A stretch of 63,883 bases of DNA, counting the filler, from Octopus bimaculoides (Eukaryota): NCBI RefSeq assembly GCF_001194135.2. It is 5 parts of 5 records of this genome, joined end to end, with 100 filler letters (N's around TTAATTAATTAA, not from the genome) between each part and the next. Parts side by side here need not be neighbours in the genome. Positions count along the whole stretch, not along the records: positions 62,592 to 63,883 come from NW_026375923.1; 4 more parts are not named here. One strand, written 5' to 3'. A program made the translations under genes and the position numbers. Below, one piece after another: positions 63,661 to 63,883 of the stretch (position 1 is its first letter; each line of letters begins with the position of its first letter). The notes beneath the pieces are model-generated. The model searched no databases. It worked only from the letters and a program-made list of their open reading frames with translations, and was not told the DNA's origin.

Positions 63661-63883
63661 GTCTGAAAAGTGGTAAAGTTTATTCAAATTTCAAAAATGA
63701 TAAACAAAAGTTGTTGAAGAAGAATAGAGCTACAACCCCCACCCTAAAGCAATACAATAAAAATATTTGTGATGATTTAAATAACTTTCGAAAGAAACAA
63801 ACAAATTCTTCTGACAACCAATCTTCACCGTTACCATAAAAGTTTGCTTTCACTCTATGAGATGGAACTGCAATTCAAGGAAA

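Overview
Eukaryotic, AT-rich draft-assembly sequence, about 13% N gaps, dense in microsatellites and tRNA-headed SINEs. The repeat content strongly suggests an octopus (inference). Almost all ORFs in the supplied track are microsatellite or gap artefacts. One host gene is clear: a minus-strand ortholog of CMIP (c-Maf-inducing protein). I reconstructed 10 consecutive coding exons (34011 down to 18743; 1068 nt, 356 codons) with GT-AG sites and consistent phases. Its 5' PH-domain exons and last LRR exons are not visible. The rest is a transposon mosaic: CR1, Tx1/L1-like and R4/Dong-like LINE relics; Mariner, Tc1, DD37D and hAT transposase relics; piggyBac-, mariner- and hAT-type MITEs; and about four SINE families (my labels A-D). 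Main observations: (1) several minimal type I hammerhead-ribozyme motifs of Penelope-like ends, including a head-to-head pair in a CMIP intron; (2) a 3' terminal motif shared by SINE family B and a Tx1-like LINE, both sitting in (AAT)n tracts; (3) two MITE families occurring as tandem multimers with a conserved linker at separate loci; (4) an inverted SINE pair bracketing three CMIP exons. Homology statements come from recalled protein-family motifs, not database searches. Repeat boundaries are approximate.
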